A DNA stretch of 64,000 nucleotides from the human T2T-CHM13v2.0 reference genome, Homo sapiens. The DNA lies in assembly GCF_009914755.1 (NCBI RefSeq), contig NC_060925.1; one strand, given 5' to 3'. The stretch's first letter is position 1, and each line of letters begins with the position of its first letter. The notes beneath the pieces are model-generated. The model had not been told where the DNA came from. It was given only the letters and a program-made list of their open reading frames with translations, and searched no databases. Shown here piece after piece: positions 48,039-63,777 of the stretch. The translations under genes and the position numbers were made by a program.

Positions 48039-49802
48039 ATAATGTACTTTAGTTTGAAGCATGGAATGAAGAGACAGAGGAAAGAGAAATTAGTCAATAT
48101 GTTAGTTTTACCAGACTGGCTGGAATAAATAGCAAATGAGGTGATTGGACCTTCTCTTATTCACAATAAGACAAAATCTTACCATTTTAGCCAGTGTAAA
48201 AGTGTAATAAGAACTTTTAACAAGTATTAATTCTGTCTCTAGCGTATGTGCATCTTGCATCTTCCTGATGCATAACAAGTCTTCCTTGTAACAGTGGAAG
48301 AAAGCAGGAGAAAGTAGACCTCTCTTCCTCCAATCTAAAAAAATGGAGTCTAAATTACCAATCCTGACATGATTCTTCCTCCAGTTTATTTCACAAAATA
48401 ACTGCTTCCAAAATACTTAACACTTTTAACTTCAATAGAATATTATAGCCTTAGTACCCCATCCCTTCTATATGCCATTTGCTAGTCTTAATTATATTCT
48501 CCTCATACTTCTTTCATGACAGTTCTCTCCCATATTAATTATGAGTCAGAGAGAAGAAATGAGGTGGAAGGCCCTGAGATCACATTCTCACTGCCATAGA
48601 CGTATTTTTCTAATTCTTTTCCTGTTTGACTGTGAAACCCTCTGGCACATTGTATTTTGATTCTTTTCATGTTGCATTTTTTATAAGTGTTTTTCGTGTT
48701 CATTAACATCAACTAGATATATAATTTAAGGTCAATAGATTTTTTTTTACTGTTTATACCAAAACGTTACATAATGAAATGCATAAGTTTATAAATTGAA
48801 ATTTGTTATATAAAATAAGTAATTTATTGCTTTGTAGAGCCTTAAAAGGAGAAACATTTATCTCTTTTTGTGGATGGTGTACAGAAGCCTGAAAAACAAA
48901 ATAATAGAAAAGTCCAGTACTTTATGATTAAAATGTATATACGTTAAAACATATAGGTAGAGGTCAGTATATGGTTTGGCCACAGCTTAGGAACTATGTT
49001 CTACAGGTGCATTTAAACACTGGTTATTAAAACCTTAAATATATTTCGCCACATAAGCATTATTTTCAATGTCTACTGTGTATTCTCTCATACGGCTTTG
49101 GTATAATTAACTTGTCCCTGGTTTTTGAACATTCAAATTCTTGCTAATTTGCTTTTTAAATTATGTTTTATTGTTATAATAAATGAATATCTTTCTGTAT
49201 AAAGCTTGGTCTGAATTTCCCCTTTCTTCCTTTCGTACGCAGAATGGGTCTTGCTACCCAGTGGTATTCTTTTGAAAATTAAATGACCTAATATTCTTAA
49301 AGTGCTTATTAGCACAATATGTGGCACATTGTGAGTACAGAATAAATGCTATTTGCAGAACTTTTTCTGGCTTAGCAATGAGACAAATAAATACAAAGGT
49401 TTCAAATGAGTTATTTGAAGCAAGCATTGGGGTAGTAACATAGCACATGATGGCAAATAGAGGAGGGAAATCTGAAAGATTGAAGCTCTAAGAGAAGGAG
49501 TTTCGGTGGTTATTCATCTGTATTGGTTGTTCCCAGTTGTGTATTCTTTAAGTATACTTTAGGAATACCTTAGCTGGAAAATGTCACAATGTAAGTTTTG
49601 TTTCTTTGAATTAAAATGTGTAAGTTTGATAAAGTACTATACAGTTGAGAAATGTTACAAACCTCTTTAAAACAGTGTGACCTTTGTGTGTGTAATTTTT
49701 GTTTATTGTATTTGTATTTCATATTTTTTGTGATATTTTATTCAAGTGTGTGTCCAATGATGTCTTTTCTGTTTTCTTTATTATTTTTTTTAATTATCCT
49801 AG

Positions 49803-49946
49803 TCACGTGAACTGGAAATTTCAGTTTATTGGCGTGATTGGCGGTCTCTGTGTGCTGTAAAATTTCTGAGGTTAGAAGATTTTTTAGACAACCAACGGCA
49901 TGGCATGTGTCTCTATTTGGAACCACAGGGTACTTTATTTGCAGAG
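49803..49946 (+). CDS. PKN2: PKN2 coding exon 9 (C2-like)
   Basis: tcctag|TCACGT...GCAGAG|gtaata; 144 nt, symmetric phase 0; [48 protein letters not shown]. Confidence 0.97.
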
Positions 49947-50004
49947 GTAATAAATGTATTTTATTAAATGTGCATAACTACAATTGAAATTACATATGTA
50001 GGCA

Positions 50005-50185
50005 GCATAATATAGAAGTAGAAAGAGTGTTAGGCTGAAAGACAGATGACTTGAGTTCTTGGCTGAGCTATGCCACTGAATAGGTATGTGACTTTGAGAC
50101 AAATCAATTATTCTTCCTATGTCTGTTTTCTCATGTAGAAAATGAGGGGCTGGACTAAACTGTAACTAAGATTCTCTTAAGCTTT
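50005..50185 (+). mobile_element. MIR
   Basis: GTGACTTTGAGACAAATC...TTTTCTCATGTAGAAAATGAGGGG. Confidence 0.65.
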
Positions 50186-50257
50186 AAAATTTTATAAATT
50201 TAGTAGATTTCATGAACCATGCTATTTTCATGTCAACTTGAATTTTCTTCACTGCAG

Positions 50258-50333
50258 GTTACCTTTTTTAATCCAGTTATTGAAAGAAGACCAAAACTTC
50301 AAAGACAAAAGAAAATTTTTTCAAAGCAACAAG
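50258..50333 (+). CDS. PKN2: PKN2 coding exon 10
   Basis: ctgcag|GTTACC...CAACAAG|gtaatt; 76 nt; [25 protein letters not shown]. Confidence 0.97.
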
Positions 50334-50908
50334 GTAATTACTAACAATCAAATGCATAGCATTTTGATATTTTCTTAAACAATCTAATTACCATTTAAAA
50401 AGTAATAGCCATCTGTGTGGGTTTTTTTGTTGTTGTTTATTCATTTATTTCTAACTTCTTATTAAGGAATATTTTAAATGTATCCATAAGTGGAGAGACT
50501 AGTGAAATGTACAGTCACCCGGCTTCAACAATAATCAACTCATGGCCAATTTTATTTTATCCATATGCCATCCTCTCACTACTTTCTCAAATTTGAAGCA
50601 AACCCAGACATCATATTGATGTATTCATAATTATTATAATTTATATCTAAAAGATAAGATTTATTTTTAAAACCTTACTACTAGACTTAAAGAGAAAAAA
50701 ACAATTTCTTACCTATTTATTTTTAAAACTACGTATGCTATTTTGCATTAGCCTTTACTAGCAAATAGTAAAAAACTAGTTTTTTTAAGTGACAAATTTT
50801 GTTTGTTCTTCGTAGATTATAAACTAATGGATAAGAATTTTTAAATTATGACTTTTGGTTATACATAAAGAAATTACTTGCTGTTTTTGTTTTTTTCAAC
50901 ATCTACAG

Positions 50909-51083
50909 GCAAAACATTTCTCAGAGCTCCTCAAATGAATATTAATATTGCCACTTGGGGAAGGCTAGTAAGAAGAGCTATTCCTACAGTAAATCATTCT
51001 GGCACCTTCAGCCCTCAAGCTCCTGTGCCTACTACAGTGCCAGTGGTTGATGTACGCATCCCTCAACTAGCACCTCCAGCTAG
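50909..51083 (+). CDS. PKN2: PKN2 coding exon 11
   Basis: ctacag|GCAAAA...GCTAG|gtatgt; 175 nt; [23 protein letters not shown]...PQLAPPA. Confidence 0.97.
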
Positions 51084-51302
51084 GTATGTGTCTGAGATTT
51101 TAAGCATCTCTTATACAAAGTTATTGGGACATTCTTACGTACTGATTATAGCAGGTGTACTGAGTCTTGCTTTTTTCCCAAGTAGTATTTTGAAAGTAGT
51201 GTTCTGTTTACTTAAAAAGTAAATTGTTTGCTTTAATTTTAAAGCTGTTTAAAATACAGACTTTCTATTACTGTTTTGGTGAGTTACTTTATCTTCTATA
51301 AG

Positions 51303-51429
51303 CGATTCTACAGTAACCAAATTGGACTTTGATCTTGAGCCTGAACCTCCTCCAGCCCCACCACGAGCTTCTTCTCTTGGAGAAATAGATGAATCTTCTG
51401 AATTAAGAGTTTTGGATATACCAGGACAG
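51303..51429 (+). CDS. PKN2: PKN2 coding exon 12 (Pro-rich linker), GC donor
   Basis: ctataag|CGATTC...GGACAG|gcaagc; 127 nt; SDSTVTKLDFDLEPEPPPAPPRASSLGEIDESSELRVLDIPGQ; frame with exon 13 (PGQ|DSE) requires the GC donor. Confidence 0.94.
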
Positions 51430-51478
51430 GCAAGCCATTTTAAACCTTGCATAATTCCTCTTCACTGAATGAATTAGC

Positions 51479-51484
51479 AATAAA
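51479..51484 (+). terminator. Candidate intronic polyadenylation signal (intron 12)
   Basis: AATAAA 10 nt after the in-frame TGA (51466-51468) reached by reading through the GC donor; GT/T-rich sequence follows. Confidence 0.6.
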
Positions 51485-51539
51485 AGCATCATAGTGAATA
51501 AGGCGTGTCTTTCCATTTAAAATTGCCACTGAACTGTGA

Positions 51540-51912
<373 letters not shown>

Positions 51913-52125
51913 TAAATTAGACTGAGTTGGTAGGAGACAACCAACTTCTTAATGTTGGCATGAAATTGTCATTAGCCTCTGGATGCTCATGGTCCAGAAG
52001 AGATAGAATAGGCTGCTTAAACTAGAGGTAACATAGGAGTGTGGTTGATACTACATGACATACTGCCTGAAATACTATTCTTCTTCTAACTTGATTAACA
52101 TACATAATAATGTGTTAGTTTTTCA

Positions 52126-52429
<304 letters not shown>

Positions 52430-52470
52430 CAGTTTTTCATATTTTTTAGATAAGTTTAATATAAAAGCGA

Positions 52471-52578
52471 TGGCTCCAGCTACTCGGGAGGCTGAGGTAG
52501 GAGGATTGCTTGTGGCTGGGAATTCAAGACCTCTCTAGGCAACATAGTGAGACCCACCTCTAAAAAAAGAAAAAAAAA
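52471..52578 (+). mobile_element. Alu monomer fragment (FLAM/FAM)
   Basis: CCAGCTACTCGGGAGGCTGAGG...CAACATAGTGAGACCC. Confidence 0.75.
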
Positions 52579-52724
52579 TTTTTTTAAAGAATGAGTATCT
52601 GAATTTTACTTTTCACTCCAACATTTATATTGACTTTTGAAATGTTTTTCCTTAATTTTATCATTATCAAATAAGTTGTTTTCTGGGTATTTCTATGGAT
52701 TCACGTGTATTTAATATTTTACAG

Positions 52725-53233
<509 letters not shown>

Positions 53234-53678
53234 TAAGAGAAATGATATATGTATTACAACAGCAAAACTTTATGATTTTACAGTAATATGTGAAGAAATT
53301 AAATATAATGTATCTATATTTGACATAAGGTAGACATTAGTTTTTCTTTTTTGCCCCTTTTTACCCTTCTTGTGACAATTAACTGGTTAATGGATACCAA
53401 AAAAAGATAGTGAAATGTTTGAACTAATTTTGTTAAGTTTTTTATATATGGAAATATTAAAGTGTTTATATGGAATAGAAACTGTTATTCATCTGTGGTT
53501 TTGTGGGGCTATATTTCATTCTGTCTTAATGGAAATGACAAAGTCATTTACAAATAATCTACAGTTAATGGAATGGTTTAAAGTATTTTACAAAGCAGAA
53601 TATGTTATCTTATTTTTTTCCTTTTATTTTTTTTAAAAACATGTTTTTTGACCCTAACGTCTGGGTCTAATAAAGTAA

Positions 53679-54015
<337 letters not shown>

Positions 54016-55049
54016 CCACAATTATTAAAATGCAAGGATTTGGTGGGGGTTAAGATTGTAATTCACTTAGAGAATATACTTTAAAAAATGACTATCTTAA
54101 TACAGAATAATTAAATATGGACATTATTGTATAAAAATGGCATATTTATCACAGAAAGAGGCTTTCAATGGACATTTTTCTTACACCACTGTAGGAGGCA
54201 TATGTTAATATTAATGGTAGACAGCTCTGTACAATGAAGAGAGCCCTGGACTATGACTGAGAAGGCTGACTTTTCTCGTCCTCATTGCTCCTCCTTAGTA
54301 AGGATTGACCCTAGGGCATTTCACTGAACATCTTTAAGCCCCAGTTAACTCATATATTTAAAAATATATTTGTTTTGGTAATACTTGCCTTAATGAGTTG
54401 TCTTGCTATGTAGATATGCCAAATTGCAACTTTTAATGTTTTTTTCCACCATATGGGTAGTTCTTAGAATAAGGACAGGCCTCAAAAGGTTGAGATTTAT
54501 TTTTTTATGTTATATAAACTTTTCCTTTTGGATTTTCCTATTTATTTTTCACCTCTGTTTCTTTTTCACTGTTTCTCATACACCTCAATCACATCAAAAT
54601 AAATGCTTTCTTGATATCTAATACTAAAGAGCTTGCTGGATATTTATAAAATATTCTGAGTACCATATTACATGTTTAGAATTATTTTTATGTTATACAA
54701 GCAGATAATTAAAGCAAGTCTTTGATCCCACCAAAGCAAGTCTTTGATTCTAAGTCTGTTTATAATTGGAATAATAGAAGGGTCAAATGTTTTCCTTTCC
54801 TGAAGGAATATTTGCTTTTCTCCAGATTCTTAAATGGTAAATTCATTTATTTTCTAAAATAATAGGAAACTGTTTACTACTTCTATTAATCTTGATTTAC
54901 GTGGGCTTCTGCTACCTTGTTACGTCTTTGTGCTGAATCTTTGTAGGAAAATGCTTTCTAATGAAATCTATAGAAAGTTTGGATCACAGGATGATGCTGT
55001 AGCCAGAATCTAGGCCATTACCTCTACTGAAAATTAATCCAGTCTTGTG

Positions 55050-55322
55050 TAGAGACAGGGTCTCACTGTGTCACCCACACTGGAGTGCAGTAGCATGATC
55101 CTAGTTCACTGCAGCCTTGAATTCCTGGGCTCAAGCCATCCTCCTGCCTCAGCTTCCCATTGGGACCACAGGTGCATACAACTGATCCATCTACATTTCT
55201 TTCCCCCATAGTGTCAGGGTCTTGGTATGTTGTCCAGGCTGGTCTCAAACTCCTGGCTTCAAGCGATCCTCCTTGGCCTCCCGAAGTGTTGTGATTATAG
55301 GTGTAAGCCACCACACCCAGTC
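55050..55322 (-). mobile_element. AluJ
   Basis: Diverged; no tail visible. Confidence 0.85.
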
Positions 55323-55537
55323 TTAACTTAAATCTCCACTTTTCAGTAACATGAAAATTTAAAAATCTCAAGTAGAACTGGTATAAAAAGAGAGAAAAGA
55401 AAAATCCAAGAGTGAGAAATAAAACACACTTTTAGAGAAATTTGAGGAATGAAGGTAAGAAAAAGGAGTACTTTTAAATTTCTAGCATACCTGAAAGAAG
55501 GCAAGAAAAAAATTTATAAGTTTTTTTTTAAGACTAG

Positions 55538-55833
<296 letters not shown>

Positions 55834-56003
55834 AAGACTAGCATATTTTTAAAAGTAATGTATTTCATTACTTGCAAGTATAAATAGTAAATAACTCAAG
55901 CTAAACTTATTATAACTGAGCAGAATTTTAAATATTTACTTTCCACTTCCTAGCTCATCTTTTTAAGCCATAGAGTTTGGTGTTATTGTTTATTTTTTAA
56001 TAG

Positions 56004-56325
<322 letters not shown>

Positions 56326-56995
56326 TGATTCTTAATGACAGTTCTCATAGTCTAAATTTTCTTTCTATAGTCTGTATTATATTATTTTACTTTGAAATTA
56401 CCTTTTTTAATAAATCATAGAAAATTTCAAATCAACCTCTTTTTAAGTGAACACAAATTATGGATTCTAAAATAAAGTGTTAGATAATTTATGAACAAAG
56501 ATCATATTCTGTGTACCTACCATTAGTAAAACACTCTAAGTCCCATTTGCCCTTCAGTTGCTGAGTAAGGATATTATGTTTATGTTACTGCAATGCCTCC
56601 TCACTCAGCTTCCTTTTCTTACCAATTTATATTTCAACACAACAGAATAGGGTTGGAAGTATATTTTTGTGTTTGTAGAAGAAAGCACAGCTAACCAGCT
56701 TATGTAGGATTCAATTCTAAGACCTTGGTTTTATTAATGATGTTTTCCCCTGACTAAAATAACTATTTATATAAGTTTTCAGGTTTCTAACTTATCTGAA
56801 AATGTAATGAACTTTGAAGGAAGTACACGAAACATGTTAGGATAGAACTAGTAACTTAGAGAAACGAGACATTAATACATTATGTAATAAAGGTGGCTAG
56901 ATAGAGTTGAGGTTAAAATAAGCAATACAAACAATAGCAGTTCTTAGGAGGAAATCAGTGTACTGGTGTACTACTACACCATAGTACATATAGTG

Positions 56996-57324
56996 TACTA
57001 CTCCCCAGGTGTGCAACTCTTCTAGTCTTCCCTATTTTATTAAACAGCAATACCAGTTGTTCAAGCCAGAACACAGTCATTCTTGGTGCTCTTTTCCCCT
57101 TACCTACAACACTCAAACTATTAGCAAGTCTGGTCAACTTCACCTCTAGGATATATCCCAAACCATACAAAGCATAAAACCAATAGTAAATCTCTATTGT
57201 ATTTACTCTTAAATTTTCATTCCACATCTATAATCTGATGAAATATCAACTGACATTTGTGTTGCACTTTCACTTTGACCCCTTTATTTGATTCCTGTCA
57301 TCATGATCAGAAGTATTTAGAGCA
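56996..57324 (+). repeat. 329-bp local duplication, copy A (probably derived)
   Basis: Colinear with 60034-60362 from TACTACTCCCCAGG to GTATTTAGAGCA, with scattered substitutions and small indels. Confidence 0.92.
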
Positions 57325-57862
57325 AGATTTAGGTAGAGTCTTATAAAAGAGGTTGGATTTTTGCTGGGTTTTGGTAGACAGAAGTTATTTGGGAATAAGG
57401 AGAGAAGAGTGATGACAATTTAGAGGGAAATGTTCTGGACAGGATGAATAAGGCTTAAAGTTTTAAATAAAGTTGGATTGTTGCATGGACTTTTAGGGAC
57501 AATACACAGTTTAGATAATGTGGGACAAGTTGAAGATTCGTATGTAATAGCTTTTTTGTGTGCTATAAAATGCATAAAATTAAAATTATTTTGACAATTT
57601 GGATCTATAAAAGAGCCTTGCTCCTTTATCTCGCTGTCCTAAGACATCTGTGCAGATACCTCATCATTATTGTAATTCAGATAATTCCTGTGAATGGCAT
57701 TGAAATCATTTCAAGGGGTAGTCCAGTCAATGGGTCTCAAATGTTTTATACCACTTATATGTTCCACCCAGTTCTAACCTAACACCTGTTCAGTTGAGAA
57801 CAGTTGTTTCATTCATAAATTCACCCATAATGAATTAGTGAGTCACCCATAAATAAAAACTA

Positions 57863-58155
<293 letters not shown>

Positions 58156-58951
58156 ACACACAACTATAGACAATGAAGAGAACATATTTGTCATCTACTT
58201 AAGCCCAAAACATCTTTGTTTTGTCTTATTTCATCTGATTATTTTATCTACATTTAGCCAAAATTCAGATTGGCTTAATAAAGCAGATGTTTTAGAATAC
58301 ATCTTACTGATCTTGTCTAAAGCAATTTTTAGTACATTATTTTCTAGTAAATTTAAATGATGACAAAAATAAAAACTGTTAACTTTTTAATCTTCTATGA
58401 GTTTATTTATAATAGTGCCTTAATCTGTAGTAACATTTAGAAAGTTTGTCAGGTATCCTCTTTATTTTCTAGTCTTTTAAATTAAAATTTTATGCAGCAT
58501 ATCTGTACTGTTCAACTTCATATCAATTTTATATGATAAAAAATTGAATACTATAGCTTGTGAATTATAGATACTGTCTTTGAAATTACCTTCACCACAA
58601 ACTTTTAAATTTTTCAAAGTACGCTTTAAATTGCTAAATTCTCTGACCAATTCCTGAAGAATTTTCATATTTCACCCTTAATTAAGCCTTTTAAAAAATC
58701 AACTGTAACCACTAACCATGTATGTGCTATAGACTATCAATGTGAATGCTATAATCTTTTAAAGTTTCTATTAATATATTTCAACTGAAGTTATTTATTT
58801 TAGGTAGGTCAGTTTTCATAGCACATATAGCAAAACTAAGACACATGTTAGGATTTTTAAGTTATAGTTAAAATTTTGCTTATTTTTAAGTTTAGTAATT
58901 TATAAAGAATGTTATTTCCAACTAGAATTATTTTTAATCTGCTTATTTTAA

Positions 58952-59146
<195 letters not shown>

Positions 59147-60033
59147 TGAGTATGCTTTAGACATTTGTCTGAGTTTTTCCATGACTGATTTCATTCTGGG
59201 AAGGAAAAGAGATTCTTTGAATTTTAGATTTTTTTTCCTAACAGAAAATAGATCTCTGCAAGAAATACTAGAACTCCTTACTTACTTTTTTGCCATATAC
59301 TTTTTGTATGTATTCTGTTGTCTGTGTTGAAAATGTCATGGATTGCCCAAAACCACAATTGATACTTTAGATAAGCAATTTAGATTCATTTTAGTAAAAT
59401 TTCTTTTTTTGCTATTAGATTTTCTCACTAGAGAATGCCATCCAGAATTACAGCTTTAAAGACAGTTTATACTCAAAATGCACTGTTAAGTTTTTGAAAA
59501 GAAAGTACAGAAGAGTCTGTATCATATATTTATATAAAATATTTGTATTTGCCTTTCTAAAGCATAATTTAAAAGAATATCAACTATTTGCGTCCTTGTG
59601 CGTAAAATATCTCTGAACAAATGTAAAAGAAACTGGTATGTGTGTTGCCTCCAGACAAAGAGATAAAAAGCAGACTTTTCATTGTAAACTCTTTTTGTAG
59701 TTTTTGAATTCAAGGTTTGGCTTATTCAAATAAATAAGAATAATAGTAAACACTTGAAATTATATATGCATGTGTGTATATTTTCCCTGTTAGTATCTTA
59801 ATTTTGTAGCTGTTAAATGGTGGAGCTAGGATTTGAACCTAGGAAAGTGATATTAATACCTACACCCTGCATGCTGGTGTTTACCAAATTTGTGTTTCCA
59901 GCCCCGTCCTCTTACCTAAACTTCCAACTCTAATAATATTCAGTGGTCAGCTAGTTTTCCATTTGTGTGGCTAAATATCTTATTTAACAACTTAAACTGA
60001 ACTGATTTTTTCCATTTTTCTACCTACCTCATC

Positions 60034-60362
60034 TACTACTCCCCAGGCCTGCTACTCTTAGTCTTCCCTATTTTATTAAACAGCAATACCAGGTTCAAGC
60101 CAGAACACAAAAAGTCATTCTTGATGCTCTTTTTCCTTTAACTTCAACACTCAAACTATTAGCAAGTCCAGTCAACTCCACCTGTAGAATATATCCCAAG
60201 TCATAGGAAGCATAAACCCAGTAGTAAATCTCTATTGTATTTACTCTTTAGTTTTCATTCCACATCTATAATCTGATGAAATAGCAACTGACATTTGTGT
60301 TGTACTTTCTCTTTGATTCCTCCATTTGATTCTTGTCATAACCATTAGAGGTATTTAGAGCA
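60034..60362 (+). repeat. 329-bp local duplication, copy B (probably source; partly L2)
   Basis: Matches copy A; its 5' part continues an L2-like segment starting near 59880. Confidence 0.92.
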
Positions 60363-61269
60363 GAGAATTGTAATACTGTCATAACCATCAAGTTTCAGAT
60401 GAGGGACATAGGGGTTAATTCTAATGGGTACTGAAGCATTTTAAAAGGAGGGAAAAGCCAGAAAGTAGTAGAAGGCTACGAATAATTCATTCCCTCAATA
60501 TTTAAGGCAGAGCATTACAATTATGCCTAACCTTATGCTGCCATGGGAATTTGTTTGGTTTTATTTTTTATGCTTGTTTTTGTTTTTAAAATAATACATA
60601 AATGTAGTTTGCCTTAAGAAACTGTTATTTTTGCTGAGAATATAAATTATATACAAATAAAACCATAAAGTCCAGTGAAAATACAAGAATACAGTGCTGC
60701 ATTACAGAACTCCAAATCTGAAAGTACCTCCCTTTATCATTCAGTTCTCAGATCAAAGGTCATTTCTTTAAAGGTAATTTTCTGAGTTCCCTAGCTAAAA
60801 TATCACATCACTAACCAATTCAGTTCACTCTATTTTCTGTATTATCTTTTTCATATCATTTTATTTCTACATGAAATCATCTGATTTATTTTTAAAATTT
60901 TTATTGTCTATCTTATTTCACTTAAAAGAGAGGAGCAAGAACCATATCTGTCCTGTTTATTAGTGAAACACCTAAAAGAATACCTGGAACATATTAGGCA
61001 ATCAGTGAATTTTTATTGATTGAAACCATAGAATCAAAATAGCTTGATTTCTAGCTTTGTTGTTTCATAGTCTAACTTTAGACAAATTATGTTTTCTGAG
61101 CTTCATTATCTGCTCTGTAAAATATCTTAAGGCTTGATTGAAGATTAAATAAGCTAATAAATGAAAATAACTGACACAATACCGGACAAACAGGAGCATT
61201 CAATAAAATATGTATTTTAGATGGTATACGCAATTAATCAAGGCAGTCTGTTTACAAGGAAAGAAATCA

Positions 61270-61959
<690 letters not shown>

Positions 61960-62191
61960 ATCTTAAGCAATTTTAAGCTCACGTTTATTTTAATAAACTT
62001 CAGTAGATCCTTAAAACTTCTGGTAAGTTGTTTAATTTTTAATGTATAATTAAGTAAGTATTTCTAAGTAGTTGCATTTTATTTTTGTTTTTTATTTCTG
62101 TGTTGGGAAGTCTAAGCCCTGATGAAACTGCCTGGTGGACCCTGACCACCACCCCTGCAGCACAAGCCCCGCGTTTAAAAATTATAGACCC

Positions 62192-62298
62192 GTGCTCACT
62201 TCAGCAGCACATACACTAAAATTGGAACCTTATAGAGAAGATTAGCATGACCCCTGTGCGAGGATGACACACAAATTCGTGAAGCATTCCATATTTTT
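62192..62298 (+). pseudogene. Full-length U6 snRNA retropseudogene, 5' part of a U6/L1 chimera
   Basis: GTGCTCACTTCAGCAGCACATACACTAAAATTGGAAC...GAAGCATTCCATATTTTT is colinear with U6; CpG-type substitutions; ACAGAGA box altered to ATAGAGA; joined directly to L1. Confidence 0.96.
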
Positions 62299-62749
62299 CT
62301 GAAATTGAGGCAGTAATTAATAGCCTACCAACCAAAAAAAGCCCAGGACCAGATGGATTCACAGCCAAATTCTACCACAGGTACAAAGAGGAGCTGGTAC
62401 CATTCCTTCTGAAACTATTCCAAACAATAGAAAAAGAGGGGCTCCTCTCTAACTCACTTTATGAGGCCAGCATCATCCTGATACCAAAACCTGGCAGAGA
62501 CACCACAAAAAAAGAAAATTTCAGGCCAATATCCCTGATGAACATCGATGCAAAAATCTTCAGTAAAACACTGGCAAACCAAATCCAGCAGCACATCAAA
62601 AAGCTTATCCACCACGATCAAGTCGGCTTCATCCCTGGGATGCAAGGCTGGTTCAACACACACAAATCAATAAACGTAATCCATCACATAAACAGAACCA
62701 ATGACAAAAACTACATGATTATCTCAATAGATGCAAAAAAGGCCTTCGA

Positions 62750-62838
62750 CAGGCGGAGGTGGCAGTGAGCGGAGATCACGCCACTGCACTCCAGCCTGGC
62801 GACAGAGCAAGACTCTGTCTCAAAAAAAAAAAAAAAAA
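62750..62838 (+). mobile_element. 5'-truncated Alu in L1
   Basis: 3' end of right arm with A tail. Confidence 0.9.
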
Positions 62839-63140
62839 GGCCGGGTGAGGTGGCTCATGCCTGTAATCCCAGCACTTTAGGAGGCCGAGGTGGTTGGAGC
62901 ACCAGGTCAGGATATCGAGACCAGCCTGGCCAACATGGTGAAACCCCATCTCTACTAAAAACACAAAAAAATTAGCTGGGTGTGGCGGTGTAGGCCTGTA
63001 GTCTCGGCTGCTCAGGAGGCAGGAGGCAGGAGAATCGCTTGAACCCTGGAGGCAGAGGTTGCAGTAAGCCGAGATCGCGCCACAGCACTCCAGTCTGGGC
63101 GACAAAGCGAGACTCCGTCTCAAAAAAAAAAAAAGAAAAG
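62839..63140 (+). mobile_element. AluS in the A tail of the truncated Alu
   Basis: Full dimer; TSD AAAAGGCCTTCGA brackets both Alus. Confidence 0.93.
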
Positions 63141-63179
63141 AAAAGGCCTTCGATAAAATTCAACACTGCTTCATGCTAA

Positions 63180-63317
<138 letters not shown>

Positions 63318-63777
63318 TAAAATAGGAAGAAAGGAAGTCAAATTGTCTCTGTTTGGAGATGACATGATTATATATTTAGAAAACCCCATCATCTCAGCGC
63401 AAAATCTCCTTAAGCTGATAAGCAACTTCAGCAAAGTCTCAGGATACAAATCAATGTGCAAAAATCACAAGCATAATACACTGATAATAGAGAACTGAAT
63501 CATGAATTAACTCCCATTCACAGTTGCTACAAAGAGAATAAAATACCTAGGAATACAGCTTACAAGGGATGTGAAGGACCTCTTCAAGGAGAACTACAAA
63601 TCACTGCCCAAGGAAATAAGAGAGGACACAAACAAATGGAAAAACATTCCATGCTCATGGATAGGAAGAATCAATATCTTGAAAATGGCCATACTGCCCA
63701 AAGTAATTTATAGATTCAATGCTATCCCCATTAAGCTACCATTGACTTTCTTCACAGAATTAGAAAAAACTGCTTTA

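Noticed and set aside
62192-62298. Functional U6 gene
   Set aside because: ACAGAGA box is mutated, about 10 substitutions, no evident PSE promoter, and it is fused to L1.
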